A stretch of 64,000 nt of DNA from an uncultured Acidobacteriota bacterium (GCA_963702425.1 CAVPCQ010000020.1:64001-128000); one strand, 5' to 3'. Numbered from the stretch's first letter, positions 19,998 to 28,820 are shown. Numbers and translations: made by a program. Notes: a model not told the origin generated them from the sequence alone.

Positions 19998-20683
19998 GGC
20001 GCAGCCGCCGCGGCGTCGCGCCAGCGCGCGATCGCGCTCGTTCCGCCGCGCACGGTGTCGCCGGCCCGCACCAGCGGCTCGGCCCCCGGCGGCAGGGTCA
20101 CCTGGGTGCACGATCCGAAGCGAATCAGCCCGTAGCGTGCCCCGGCCGCGAGCCGCTGGCCGGGCGCGACGCGCACCACGATCCGCCGCGCGATCAGCCC
20201 GGCGACCTGCGCCACCGCGACGTCGCCGCGGGCTGTCTCGAGCACGAGATCGGTGCGCTCGTTGACCTCGGTCGCCTCCGGCCGGTAGGCCGCGAGGAAC
20301 CGCCCCGGACGGTGCGTCACGCTCGCCACCCGCCCGGCGACGGGAGCGCGGTTGACGTGAACGTTGAAGACGTTGAGGAAGATCGTGACGACGAGGCCAT
20401 CTTTCTCGGCACGAACCTCGGTGACGCGTCCGTCGGCGGGCGACAGCACCAGCGCGGGGTCGTCGGGGATGGCGCGGTCAGGATCGCGGAAGAACCAGGC
20501 GGAGAACAGGCCGAGTGCCGCGACCGGCAGAGCCAGCACCGCCCACGGTGGCGGCGCGAACAGCAGCGAGGCCGCGGCGATGAGCGGAACGGCCACGAAG
20601 GGAATCCCCGCGCGGTCGATGGGAAGCCGCCGCCGCGGCATGGACGCGGCCGCTTCAGAACGGGTCGGGGCGGGAGATGTCAT
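19994..20683 (-). CDS. psd: Phosphatidylserine decarboxylase proenzyme
   Basis: FFRDPDR, SPADG, NVHVNRAP, VAGLIARRI, IRFGS cleavage motif; start could be 20683 or 20641. Confidence 0.92.
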   Translation of the reverse strand: MTSPAPTRSEAAASMPRRRLPIDRAGIPFVAVPLIAAASLLFAPPPWAVLALPVAALGLFSAWFFRDPDRAIPDDPALVLSPADGRVTEVRAEKDGLVVTIFLNVFNVHVNRAPVAGRVASVTHRPGRFLAAYRPEATEVNERTDLVLETARGDVAVAQVAGLIARRIVVRVAPGQRLAAGARYGLIRFGSCTQVTLPPGAEPLVRAGDTVRGGTSAIARWRDAAAAAP

Positions 20684-20757
20684 CGGTTTTTGCGAGGCTA
20701 GCACCCGGCCGCCGTCGGGGGCAACAAAGCGCCAGCCCCCGGGAAACGAGGGCGGCA

Positions 20758-21891
20758 TCAACCGTTCGTGACGTTGTTCCGGCCCAGAACGAGGCTCATC
20801 AGGAGGGCGTCCTCGCCATCGCCGTAGTAGCGTCGCCGCCGCCCCACCGGCACGAAGCCTTCCGACGCGTAGAGCGCGATGGCGGCGGCATTCCCGGCCC
20901 GGACCTCGAGGTCGGCACGCTCCGCCAGGGCCGCACGCGCCCGCTCGAGGAGCGCACCCACGAGCAAGCGGCCCAGGCCGCGGCCGCGCGCGCGCGGCCG
21001 GACCGCCACGCTCTGGATCTCGAGCGTGTCGACCGCGAGGCGCGCCAGCGCCGCGGCGTCGAGCCCGCCATCGGCTCCCACCACGCCGAGCGCGACGTGA
21101 CCGGGGCCGCCGTGCAACTCATCGCTCAACATCGCACGGCTCCACGGCTCGGCGAAACACTCGCGCTCGACCGCGAGCAGGCGATCGAGGTCCGCCGGCG
21201 CCAGCCGGACGATCGCCGCCACCGTTCCGGAAGCGCGACGACCGGCCGGCAGCACGGCGTCGGGGGGCAGGAGATAGCTCGGGCCGGGGACGTGATCGAC
21301 GATCGGGAGGCACCCCGCGGCGACCAGCCGCGCGAGCGCCGGGGCCGCGTCGATCGTCGTCTCGACCGGCCGGACCCCCTCGCCCCAGGTGAGACCCGAG
21401 GTGCCGCGCGGGACCGCGATCGCCGAACCAGCGAGATCGAGCCGCAGGGGGAGCGACGCGAGCGGGAGCAGAGCCGCCTCCTCGGGCCGCGCGCCGTCTT
21501 CGTGCGCTCGCGCGAGCAGCACGCGCCAGCGGCCCCAGGGGATCGCGACCCACGCCGGCAGCGGCAATCCGGCCGCCTCGGCCAGCAGCCTCGGGCTGTC
21601 GGCGAACGCGACCGGCAGCGCCCCGCCCGCAGCCGAGAGCCCCTGGGCCAGGCCGAGCGCGACGCGCAATCCCGTGGTCGAACCGGGCCCGACTCCGACC
21701 GCGAGCCCGGCCAGTGCCGCCGGCGCAACGGCGTGCCGTGCGAGGAGGTCCCGCGCGGCGCGCACGAGATCCAGGCGCACGCCGCGGGACGGGTCGAGGG
21801 GCGCCGCGCCGAGCACGCGCCCATCGACGACGAGCGCGGCCCCCGCGGGATGCAGCGCTCCCTCGAGCACCAGCACGGCGCCCCGCGTCAC
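20758..21891 (-). CDS. TsaB (t6A biosynthesis) - RimI-like GNAT acetyltransferase fusion
   Basis: TsaB motif GVGPGSTTGLRVALGLAQGL and RimI motifs FAEPWS, LEVRAGNAAAIALYASEGF..RRRYY..EDALLM in one frame. Confidence 0.85.
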   Translation of the reverse strand: MTRGAVLVLEGALHPAGAALVVDGRVLGAAPLDPSRGVRLDLVRAARDLLARHAVAPAALAGLAVGVGPGSTTGLRVALGLAQGLSAAGGALPVAFADSPRLLAEAAGLPLPAWVAIPWGRWRVLLARAHEDGARPEEAALLPLASLPLRLDLAGSAIAVPRGTSGLTWGEGVRPVETTIDAAPALARLVAAGCLPIVDHVPGPSYLLPPDAVLPAGRRASGTVAAIVRLAPADLDRLLAVERECFAEPWSRAMLSDELHGGPGHVALGVVGADGGLDAAALARLAVDTLEIQSVAVRPRARGRGLGRLLVGALLERARAALAERADLEVRAGNAAAIALYASEGFVPVGRRRRYYGDGEDALLMSLVLGRNNVTNG

Positions 21892-22742
21892 GATCCGCCG
21901 CCCCGCGGCGCCGTGGCCTGCCGCGCCTCGCGGCGAGGGGAGGCCTTCGGAGGGGTCGCGGCCCCCCGCGCGAGGATCGTCACCGGCGTGCCGACCGGGA
22001 GCAGCGCGTGGAGCTCGCGCACGTCCGGGTTGAACAGCGACACGCAGCCGTTCGTCCAGTCGAGGTACTCGCGCATCGCGGCCGGATCGGCGTCGCCGGG
22101 CTCGAACGCGGCGGGAAGATGTTCGGAACGCTTCCGGTGCCTGGCAAGTTGGGTCGCGGTGAGCGCCGGCTGCTGGCCGTGGAGCAGGATCAGCCCACCG
22201 AGCGCCGTGCCGGACGGCGGGCACTCCCCGCGGGCCAGGGCCGCCGCGATCGCGTCGCGCTCCCGGCGGCTGATGCGTCCCGCGCGCAGCGCGTCCTCGG
22301 CATCGTCGAGGTTGGGGTAGCTGATCCACAGGGCCCGGTGGTACTTCGAAAGCGTGCGGTTGCAAAGGAAGTAGGTCCCCTCCGGGGTCCGCTTGTCGCC
22401 TCGCCGCGACTTGTGCCCCGTAGGCCGCTGGCCGAGTTGCGCCCGGTAGGCCTTGACCATCCGCTCGCCGACCCAGAGTTCCACCCGCCGCTCCGATTTG
22501 ATCACGATCAGCCGGGCGCCCGCGAGGCGACCGTCGACCAGCGGGATCCCGGCGCGCTCGAGGATCGCGGCGAGCGATTCGTCGGGCCCGTAGAGCCCGG
22601 GGGCATAGGTCGCGTAGGTCCAGCCGAACGGTCCCTCGCGCGAAGCCTCGGCCCGCGCTCCGGGTCCGAGGTCGAAGCCCGCCGTCCAGAGCGCCGCGGC
22701 GAGCGCCGCGATCCGGGTCGCGCGCCGCCGACAGCGCATCAC
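21888..22742 (-). CDS. L,D-transpeptidase family protein (YkuD; YafK/DpaA-like)
   Basis: Signal peptide; IVIKSERR, GDKRTPEGTY, ISYPN, LLHG...WTNGCVSL. Confidence 0.85.
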   Translation of the reverse strand: MMRCRRRATRIAALAAALWTAGFDLGPGARAEASREGPFGWTYATYAPGLYGPDESLAAILERAGIPLVDGRLAGARLIVIKSERRVELWVGERMVKAYRAQLGQRPTGHKSRRGDKRTPEGTYFLCNRTLSKYHRALWISYPNLDDAEDALRAGRISRRERDAIAAALARGECPPSGTALGGLILLHGQQPALTATQLARHRKRSEHLPAAFEPGDADPAAMREYLDWTNGCVSLFNPDVRELHALLPVGTPVTILARGAATPPKASPRREARQATAPRGGGS

Positions 22743-23245
22743 TTGCCCCCCCCGTCCCGCGGAGCCTCACCGTCCGGGACGGGAGCGCCGCGCAACTCGT
22801 CGATCAGCCGCGGCACCTCCGGCGCACGGCACTCCGGACGGAACCGGCCGGCGACCTCGAGCACGGGCGCGAAGCCGCAAGCGCCGAAGCAGGGGACCGC
22901 GTCGAGGCTGAAGACGCCGTCCGCCGTCGTTCTGCCGGTGGACACACCGAGCGCGGACTCCAGTGCGGCCAAGGTCGCGCTCGCTCCCCGGACCTGGCAG
23001 CTGGTGCCGACGCAGATCCGGATCGGCCAGCGGCCGGGGGGCTCGAGACGGAAGTTCCCCGAGGCGCGAACCGCGTTCCATGCCACCTCGCCCGGCACGC
23101 CGACGTGATCGGCGATCCGCTCGACCTCCTCGGCCACGAGCCACCCGCGCGCGGCCTGGAGTTCGAGCAGCAACGGCACCAGGCCGTCCCGCCGGCCGGC
23201 CGGATGGCGTGCGAGGATCGTGTCCAGTGCGGCGGGGCCCGGCAT
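22739..23245 (-). CDS. NuoE/HndA-like thioredoxin-fold [2Fe-2S] protein
   Basis: LVPLLLELQAARGWL N-terminal domain; CVGTSC and CFGAC ligands followed by APV. Confidence 0.88.
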   Translation of the reverse strand: MPGPAALDTILARHPAGRRDGLVPLLLELQAARGWLVAEEVERIADHVGVPGEVAWNAVRASGNFRLEPPGRWPIRICVGTSCQVRGASATLAALESALGVSTGRTTADGVFSLDAVPCFGACGFAPVLEVAGRFRPECRAPEVPRLIDELRGAPVPDGEAPRDGGGK

Positions 23246-23254
23246 GGGGCCGCG

Positions 23255-24580
23255 TCAGGCGCGCAGGCCGAGCGCTGCCAGGTGCGCCCGGAGGTCCGGC
23301 TCGGAGAGGCCAAGCCGCGGGGCGGCACGCGCCAGATCGCCGTTCACCTCGTCGAGCAGGCGGCGCAGCCAGCCGGCCTCGAGGTCGCGCGCCGGGGGGG
23401 GCTCCGGCGACCCCGTCTCGCGCCCGTCGAGAAACCCGGGCGGCAGGTCCTCGGCGTGAACCACCGGTTGCGGCGCGCCCAGGACGACCCGCTCCACGAC
23501 GCGGCGCAACTCGCGCACGTTGCCCGGCCAGGCGTGGCGGGCGAGCGCATGCAGCGCGTCGAGCGCCAGCGTAGGCACCGGCTGCGCGTACTCGCGGCAG
23601 ATCTCCTGCAGGAAGACGTTCGCCAGCTCCGGCAGGTCGTCGGCCCTGGCGCGCAGCGGCGGAACCTCGATCCGGTGCGTGAAGCTGTCGAGGAACCCCT
23701 GCTCGAGCCGCCCCGCGGCCGCCGCCCCGTCCGGGGATCCGGCCAGCGATACGACCAGGACCGGTTCGGAACGGACGCTGCGCGCGGTACCCGGCACGGG
23801 GAAGTCGCCGGTGCGCAGCCCGTCGGCCAGTGCGCACTGAATCTCGGCCGAGAGCGCCTCGGCTCCCTCGAGGTAGAGCGTCCCCTCGTCCGCCAGCGCG
23901 ATTCGGCCCGCCTCCTCCGGCGCGCCGCCGCCGCCGAAGAGCGCGCCGAATAGCCGCTCGGGGGGGACCGTCCCGACGCGCAGGTCGAGGAACGGACCGT
24001 CGGGCCGCGGGCCGCGCAGCGAGAGCCAACGCGCGGCCAGGCTCCGGCCACTCCCGCGCTCACCCCAGAGCAGGACCGGCCGCCCGTCCGCGGCGGCCGC
24101 CAGCCGGGCTCGCAGCGCCTCAACCGCGGTCCCCCGCCCGATGAACTCCGCCTCGCGCCGCAATTCGACCTGCAGTGCGCGGTGCTGCCGTTCCAACCGG
24201 GCGTGGCGCAGCGCGTTGCGCAGCACGAGCAGGATGCGCTCGAGCGACAGCGGCTTCTCGACGAAGTCGTAGGCGCCACGCTTGGTCGCCTTGACGGCGG
24301 TCTCGATCGTCCCGTGGCCGGAGATCATGATCACCGGCGCGCGCACCCCGCGCTCGCGCATCATCCGCAGGGCCTCGATGCCGTCGACGCCGGGCAGCCA
24401 GATGTCGAGGAAGACCGCGTCGGGTGACCGCGTCAGCGCCAGCTCGACTCCCTCCTCGCCGGATGCCGCCGGGAGGACCGCGTAACCCTCGTCCTCGAGA
24501 ATCTCGGTCATCGAGCGGCGCACGGCGTCTTCGTCGTCGACGATGAGGATCAGGCCACGACGGGACGCCGGAGGGGTCAT
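23255..24580 (-). CDS. NtrX-like response regulator (REC - degenerate AAA+ - HTH)
   Basis: Intact REC (IVDDE, FLDIWLP, MISGHG, EKP); AAA remnants WPGNVREL; Fis-like HTH; downstream of NtrY-like kinase. Confidence 0.88.
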   Translation of the reverse strand: MTPPASRRGLILIVDDEDAVRRSMTEILEDEGYAVLPAASGEEGVELALTRSPDAVFLDIWLPGVDGIEALRMMRERGVRAPVIMISGHGTIETAVKATKRGAYDFVEKPLSLERILLVLRNALRHARLERQHRALQVELRREAEFIGRGTAVEALRARLAAAADGRPVLLWGERGSGRSLAARWLSLRGPRPDGPFLDLRVGTVPPERLFGALFGGGGAPEEAGRIALADEGTLYLEGAEALSAEIQCALADGLRTGDFPVPGTARSVRSEPVLVVSLAGSPDGAAAAGRLEQGFLDSFTHRIEVPPLRARADDLPELANVFLQEICREYAQPVPTLALDALHALARHAWPGNVRELRRVVERVVLGAPQPVVHAEDLPPGFLDGRETGSPEPPPARDLEAGWLRRLLDEVNGDLARAAPRLGLSEPDLRAHLAALGLRA

Positions 24581-26775
24581 GGACTGGTCTCCTCGTCCGC
24601 GGCGACCGCCGCCACGGACGGCAATTCGATCACGAATCGCGTGCCGCCGCCCGGGTTGTCCTCGGCGCGGATCCGGCCGCCGTGGTCGGTCACGATGCGG
24701 TGCACGATCGCGAGCCCGAGCCCGGTCCCGCCGGGACGCCGCGTGAAGCTCGGCAGGAACAGCTGCTCACGCGCAACTTCGGGGAGCCCGGGGCCGTTGT
24801 CGGCAACCTCCAGCATGACCGGCCACTGCCCCGGCTGCCGCCGGGTGCGGACGGTGATGCTGCCGCTGGCGCCGAGCAGCGCGACCGCGTTGTCGAGCAG
24901 GTTGATCAGCGCGCGGCGCATCGCCTCGGGATCGACCGCGTGCGGCGGCAGGTCGTCGGCGAACTCGGTCGCGAAGCGGATCTGCGGGTGCGACGTCCGG
25001 TAGAGGGCGAGCGCGTCCTCGGCCACCCTGCCGACATCCCCCGGCTCCGGACGCAGCTCCGGCAGCCGCGCGAAGCGCGAGAACTCGTCCACCAGCCCCT
25101 TGAGGCTGTCCACCTCGCGCACGATGTTGCCGACCATCTCCTCCAGCACCTCCCCCGCTTCGCCGGGGCTGCGCCGGTAGCGGCGCAGGAGCCGCTCGGC
25201 GGAGAGCCGGATCGGCGTCAACGGGTTCTTGAACTCGTGAGCGAGCCGCCGCGCGACTTCGCCCCACGCCGCGAGCCGCTCGGCGCGACGCAGCGGGGTC
25301 AGGTCCTCGAGCACGACCAGCACCCCTTCGCCGCGCCCCGGGATGCCGAAGCGGGCGGCCGTCGCCTCCACCATCGCCTCCTTGCCTTCCACGGCGACCG
25401 GCACCTCGCGGCTCGAGCGGCGCGCCCAGCCCTCCAGCACGGGCTGGACGACCCGATAGACCGCTTCGCGGCCACCCGAGAGCGCCTCCTCCACGGGCGC
25501 GCCGCGCGGTAGGTCGGCCAGCCGCAAGAGCTCGAGGGCGGCGCGATTGGCGGTCGCCACGCGCGCGTCGGCATCGAGGCTGAGCACGCCGACCGGGATC
25601 GCCTCGAGAATCGTCTCGATGTAGCGCCGCCGCCCTTCGATCTCGCGTCGCTGGCGCTGGATCTCGCCCGCCATCCGGTTGAACGACGCGACCAGCTGCC
25701 CGATCTCGTCGCCACCGCTTCCCGGGACGCGATAGGTCAGGTCCCCTCCCGCCAGCGCCTCCGTACCGCGCGCGAGCGCCAGGATCGGGTTCGTGATCTG
25801 GCCCGCGACGTAGAAGCTGGTCCAGACGGCGGCGAACAGGACGAGCAGCGTCAGCAGCGCGAAGAGCGCGACGTAGAGCCGTTGCACGACCGGCCGGCGC
25901 GCGCCGTAGTCCTCGACCTCCCGCCCCGAGAGCAGGACGCTGTCGATCCGGCGCGCCTCTTCCTCGGGGATGTAGACCGCGGCCCAGGCCACCGCGACCG
26001 TCTCCCCTCTCACCCGCACCGCCTCGGTGGCAACCGTGCGCCAGCCGTAGACGAGCCGATCGCTGGTCAGTCCACCGCGCCCGGTCTCGAAGGTCTCGCG
26101 GACGATCGCCTCGGGCACGCGCGTCAGCTCGGTCGGGAGGGCCATCGAGGCCCCGCCCCGCACCACCTCCGCGACCGCCACCGGGCTTCCGCTCTCGAAC
26201 GCCACCCCGACCGCCGTCAGGGCGTAGCGCCGCCGCAACTCGTCCAGTGCACGCGCCAGCTCGCCTCGCGGCGCGGGCGGGTCCTTCGCGAGTGGGCCGC
26301 GAGCCAGGTCCTCGGCGACCACGCGCGCGAAGTGCCGGGCCCCCTCCGAGGCCTCGCGCTGCGCCATCTGCGCGACCGCCGCGGCCTGGTCCATCGTCTT
26401 CGCGATGTCGGGCGGGATCAGGTCCGACAGCGAGCGCAGCACGATCGCCACCGCCCCCGCGAACAGCGTCAGCGAGGGGATCAGGACCAGGAAGAAGAAT
26501 GCGAAGAAGACCCGCGCCTGGAGCCGGGCGCCGAGGATGCCGCTGCGCCGGCCGGCCAGGACGCGGGCGACGTTGCGCACGATGAGCGCGGCCACCGCGA
26601 AGGCCAGCAGGACCAGCGCCGCAGCGAGGCCGGAGAGCAGCGTCTTGTCGCCGGCGAGTCGCGTATCACCGAGCTTGCCGCGCTGGATGACGTAGTAGAG
26701 GACGGCGGTGAGGACGAACGAGAGACCGACGATCGTGAACAGCAGCCGGTCGGAACGAAGGCGGTCGCGCAGCAT
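24577..26775 (-). CDS. NtrY-like sensor histidine kinase (TM-HAMP-PAS-HisKA-HATPase)
   Basis: AWGEVARRLAHEFKNPLTPIRLSAERL H-box, NLLDNA, DNGPG, GTGLGL; HAMP DEIGQLVASFNRM. Confidence 0.92.
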   Translation of the reverse strand: MLRDRLRSDRLLFTIVGLSFVLTAVLYYVIQRGKLGDTRLAGDKTLLSGLAAALVLLAFAVAALIVRNVARVLAGRRSGILGARLQARVFFAFFFLVLIPSLTLFAGAVAIVLRSLSDLIPPDIAKTMDQAAAVAQMAQREASEGARHFARVVAEDLARGPLAKDPPAPRGELARALDELRRRYALTAVGVAFESGSPVAVAEVVRGGASMALPTELTRVPEAIVRETFETGRGGLTSDRLVYGWRTVATEAVRVRGETVAVAWAAVYIPEEEARRIDSVLLSGREVEDYGARRPVVQRLYVALFALLTLLVLFAAVWTSFYVAGQITNPILALARGTEALAGGDLTYRVPGSGGDEIGQLVASFNRMAGEIQRQRREIEGRRRYIETILEAIPVGVLSLDADARVATANRAALELLRLADLPRGAPVEEALSGGREAVYRVVQPVLEGWARRSSREVPVAVEGKEAMVEATAARFGIPGRGEGVLVVLEDLTPLRRAERLAAWGEVARRLAHEFKNPLTPIRLSAERLLRRYRRSPGEAGEVLEEMVGNIVREVDSLKGLVDEFSRFARLPELRPEPGDVGRVAEDALALYRTSHPQIRFATEFADDLPPHAVDPEAMRRALINLLDNAVALLGASGSITVRTRRQPGQWPVMLEVADNGPGLPEVAREQLFLPSFTRRPGGTGLGLAIVHRIVTDHGGRIRAEDNPGGGTRFVIELPSVAAVAADEETSP

Positions 26776-26779
26776 CCGG

Positions 26780-27688
26780 TCAACGCGCGCGGCCGGGCGG
26801 GGCGGGCCGTGACGGCGGTTCGGTCGGCCCCCCCGGACCGCTCTCGAAGATCCAGTTCGAACGATCGGCGAGCAGCGCGTCCGCGAGCCGGCCGTGGAGG
26901 TCGTGCCCCGCCCGCCAGGCGACGATCCGGCCCGACAACCCGCAGCCCAGGAGGGCCAGGTCGCCGACCAGGTCGAGCGTCTTGTGTCGCGCGAACTCGT
27001 CCCGGAAACGGAGGTCGACCCCCTTGATCCCGTCGTCGTCGACCAGGATCGCGTTGTCGAGCGACCCCCCCTTGATCAGCCCCGCGCGCTGCAGCTTCTC
27101 GATGTCGCGCCGCATCCCGAAGGTGCGGGCGGCAGCGAGCTTGTTCAGGAAGTCGTCGGGCTGGTCGAGCTGGACGGTGACCTCCTGGTAGCCGAGGTGC
27201 TCGTGCTCGAAGTCGATCGCCGTGGTGACCCTCAGGCCGTCTCCCGGCTCGATCGTGATCCGGCGCTCCTCGTCGCCGACGACCAGCTTCTGCGTAACCA
27301 CGATCCGGGGGTACCCGGCCTCCTGCTCGACCAGGCCGGCGTCCAGGATCGCCCGTACGAAAGGCAGCGAGGAGCCGTCGAGGATCGGCAGCTCGCACCC
27401 GGACATCCGCACCCGCACGTTGTCGACGCCCAGGGCGTAGAGGGCGGCCAGTAGGTGCTCGGGGGTGTCAATCGTCGCCCCGTCCCGCTCCAGGCGCGTG
27501 GCGTGCATCATCGGGCTGCGGTACTGCTCGAGCGCCGGGATCTCGATTCCGCCCGCCGCCTCCAGCTCGAACACGATGCCGCCGCCCGGGGCAGTCGGCT
27601 GGAGGTCGATCCGTTCCGCCCGGCCGTGATGCAGGCCGATCCCCTCGAGCCGGACGGGGGCGGCGAGGGTCCGCTGCTGACGCACCAT
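26780..27688 (-). CDS. lpxC: UDP-3-O-acyl-N-acetylglucosamine deacetylase
   Basis: QRTL..GIGLHHG, TPEHLLAAL, PILDGSS, ARTFG, RHKTLDLVGDL, AGHDLH. Confidence 0.96.
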   Translation of the reverse strand: MVRQQRTLAAPVRLEGIGLHHGRAERIDLQPTAPGGGIVFELEAAGGIEIPALEQYRSPMMHATRLERDGATIDTPEHLLAALYALGVDNVRVRMSGCELPILDGSSLPFVRAILDAGLVEQEAGYPRIVVTQKLVVGDEERRITIEPGDGLRVTTAIDFEHEHLGYQEVTVQLDQPDDFLNKLAAARTFGMRRDIEKLQRAGLIKGGSLDNAILVDDDGIKGVDLRFRDEFARHKTLDLVGDLALLGCGLSGRIVAWRAGHDLHGRLADALLADRSNWIFESGPGGPTEPPSRPAPPGRAR

Positions 27689-27693
27689 GGGAC

Positions 27694-27704
27694 GATTCTA
27701 TACT
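27694..27704. promoter_or_regulatory. Overlapping divergent -10 elements (TAGAAT minus / TATACT plus)
   Basis: GATTCTATACT is the only AT-rich island between divergent lpxC and the 27760 gene. Confidence 0.55.
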
Positions 27705-27759
27705 GTTGACCCGGCGAGACCTGCCATCGACAATGGCGGCTCCCGGCCCGGAGGATCCG

Positions 27760-28770
27760 ATGAACGAGCGTGCCCTGTCCGCCGAGACCATGGATGGCGT
27801 CATCGATCGGCTCGCCGACGCGCTTCGCGACGAGCTCTCCGCGATCCGGCTCCCGCCCCCCGTGATCCGCACCCCGGACCGGCTGCGGGCCGCCTGCTGT
27901 GCGCTGCGCGAGGCTACGGGGCAGGTGGCGCTGCTGCGCTCGCTGCTCGCGAGCGCGCGGGATGCCGGCGCGCGGGCCGCGCTGTTCGTGGTCAAGCAGG
28001 ACCGGATCGAGGGCTGGGAAGGGACCGGCTTCGACGACCTCGAGCTCCACGGCGTCGAGCTCGCGCGCGACGACGACGCGATCGGCGCCCTGCTCGCGGA
28101 GCAGCGGCCGATCGCCCTCGACGCCGAGTCCGGCGTCGCGGCGCCCGATTTCGGGCAGTCGGCCCGCTCACCGGCCGTGCTGGTTCCGGTGCTGGTCCAC
28201 GGCAAGCTGGTGGCGATCGTCTATGCCGATCCGGCCGAGCCCGGCCTCCCGGTCGATGTCACTGCGCTCGAGGTCCTGGGTGAGGTCGGCGGGCTGGCGA
28301 TCGAACGGCTGGCGCTCGCGCGCTGGTCCCAGCGTCCGGCCGAGGGGGCGACGGGCGAGATCCCGGTGCGCACGCCGGAAGGGGCGTCGCCGATGCTCTC
28401 GCAGCCGGTGGCCCCGACGCCAGCGTTCCACGCCGGCTTCGCGGCACCGACCGGACCGATCGGCCCGCCGACCGGTCCCGAGACCGGCCCCGGGGGGGTC
28501 TCTCCCGAAGTCCAGGACGCCCGGCGCTTTGCCCGCCTACTGATGGAAGAGATCTGCCTCTATCACGCCGACAAGGTCGACGAGGGCCGGACCCAGAGCG
28601 ACCTGCTCTCGCGCCTCTCGGAGCAGGTCGAGCGCGCGCGGCAGATGTACGAGCAGCGCGTCCCGGCCGAGGTCCGGGGGGTGAGCGATTTCTTCGATGA
28701 GGCGCTGGTGCGCGTGCTCGCCGCGGGCGACGCGAACGCGCTGGGGCGCGTGGGCCGCGCCGCGATCTAG
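27760..28770 (+). CDS. Hypothetical protein with GAF-like domain and conserved-looking C-terminal helical domain
   Basis: GGAGG SD before ATG 27760; GAF-like AVLVPVLVHGKLVAIVYAD; C-terminal DARRFARLLMEEICLYH..VDEGR. Confidence 0.75.
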   Translation: MNERALSAETMDGVIDRLADALRDELSAIRLPPPVIRTPDRLRAACCALREATGQVALLRSLLASARDAGARAALFVVKQDRIEGWEGTGFDDLELHGVELARDDDAIGALLAEQRPIALDAESGVAAPDFGQSARSPAVLVPVLVHGKLVAIVYADPAEPGLPVDVTALEVLGEVGGLAIERLALARWSQRPAEGATGEIPVRTPEGASPMLSQPVAPTPAFHAGFAAPTGPIGPPTGPETGPGGVSPEVQDARRFARLLMEEICLYHADKVDEGRTQSDLLSRLSEQVERARQMYEQRVPAEVRGVSDFFDEALVRVLAAGDANALGRVGRAAI

Positions 28771-28820
28771 CCCGGCCGGCCGGCCTGGGCAGGCCCGCCG
28801 CACGCCCTGCGGGGCGTGTA

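Noticed and set aside
27760-28770. YigA/DUF484 orthologue because it is a GAF-like gene next to dapF
   Set aside because: It is on the opposite strand (convergent) and has a different architecture; adjacency is probably coincidental
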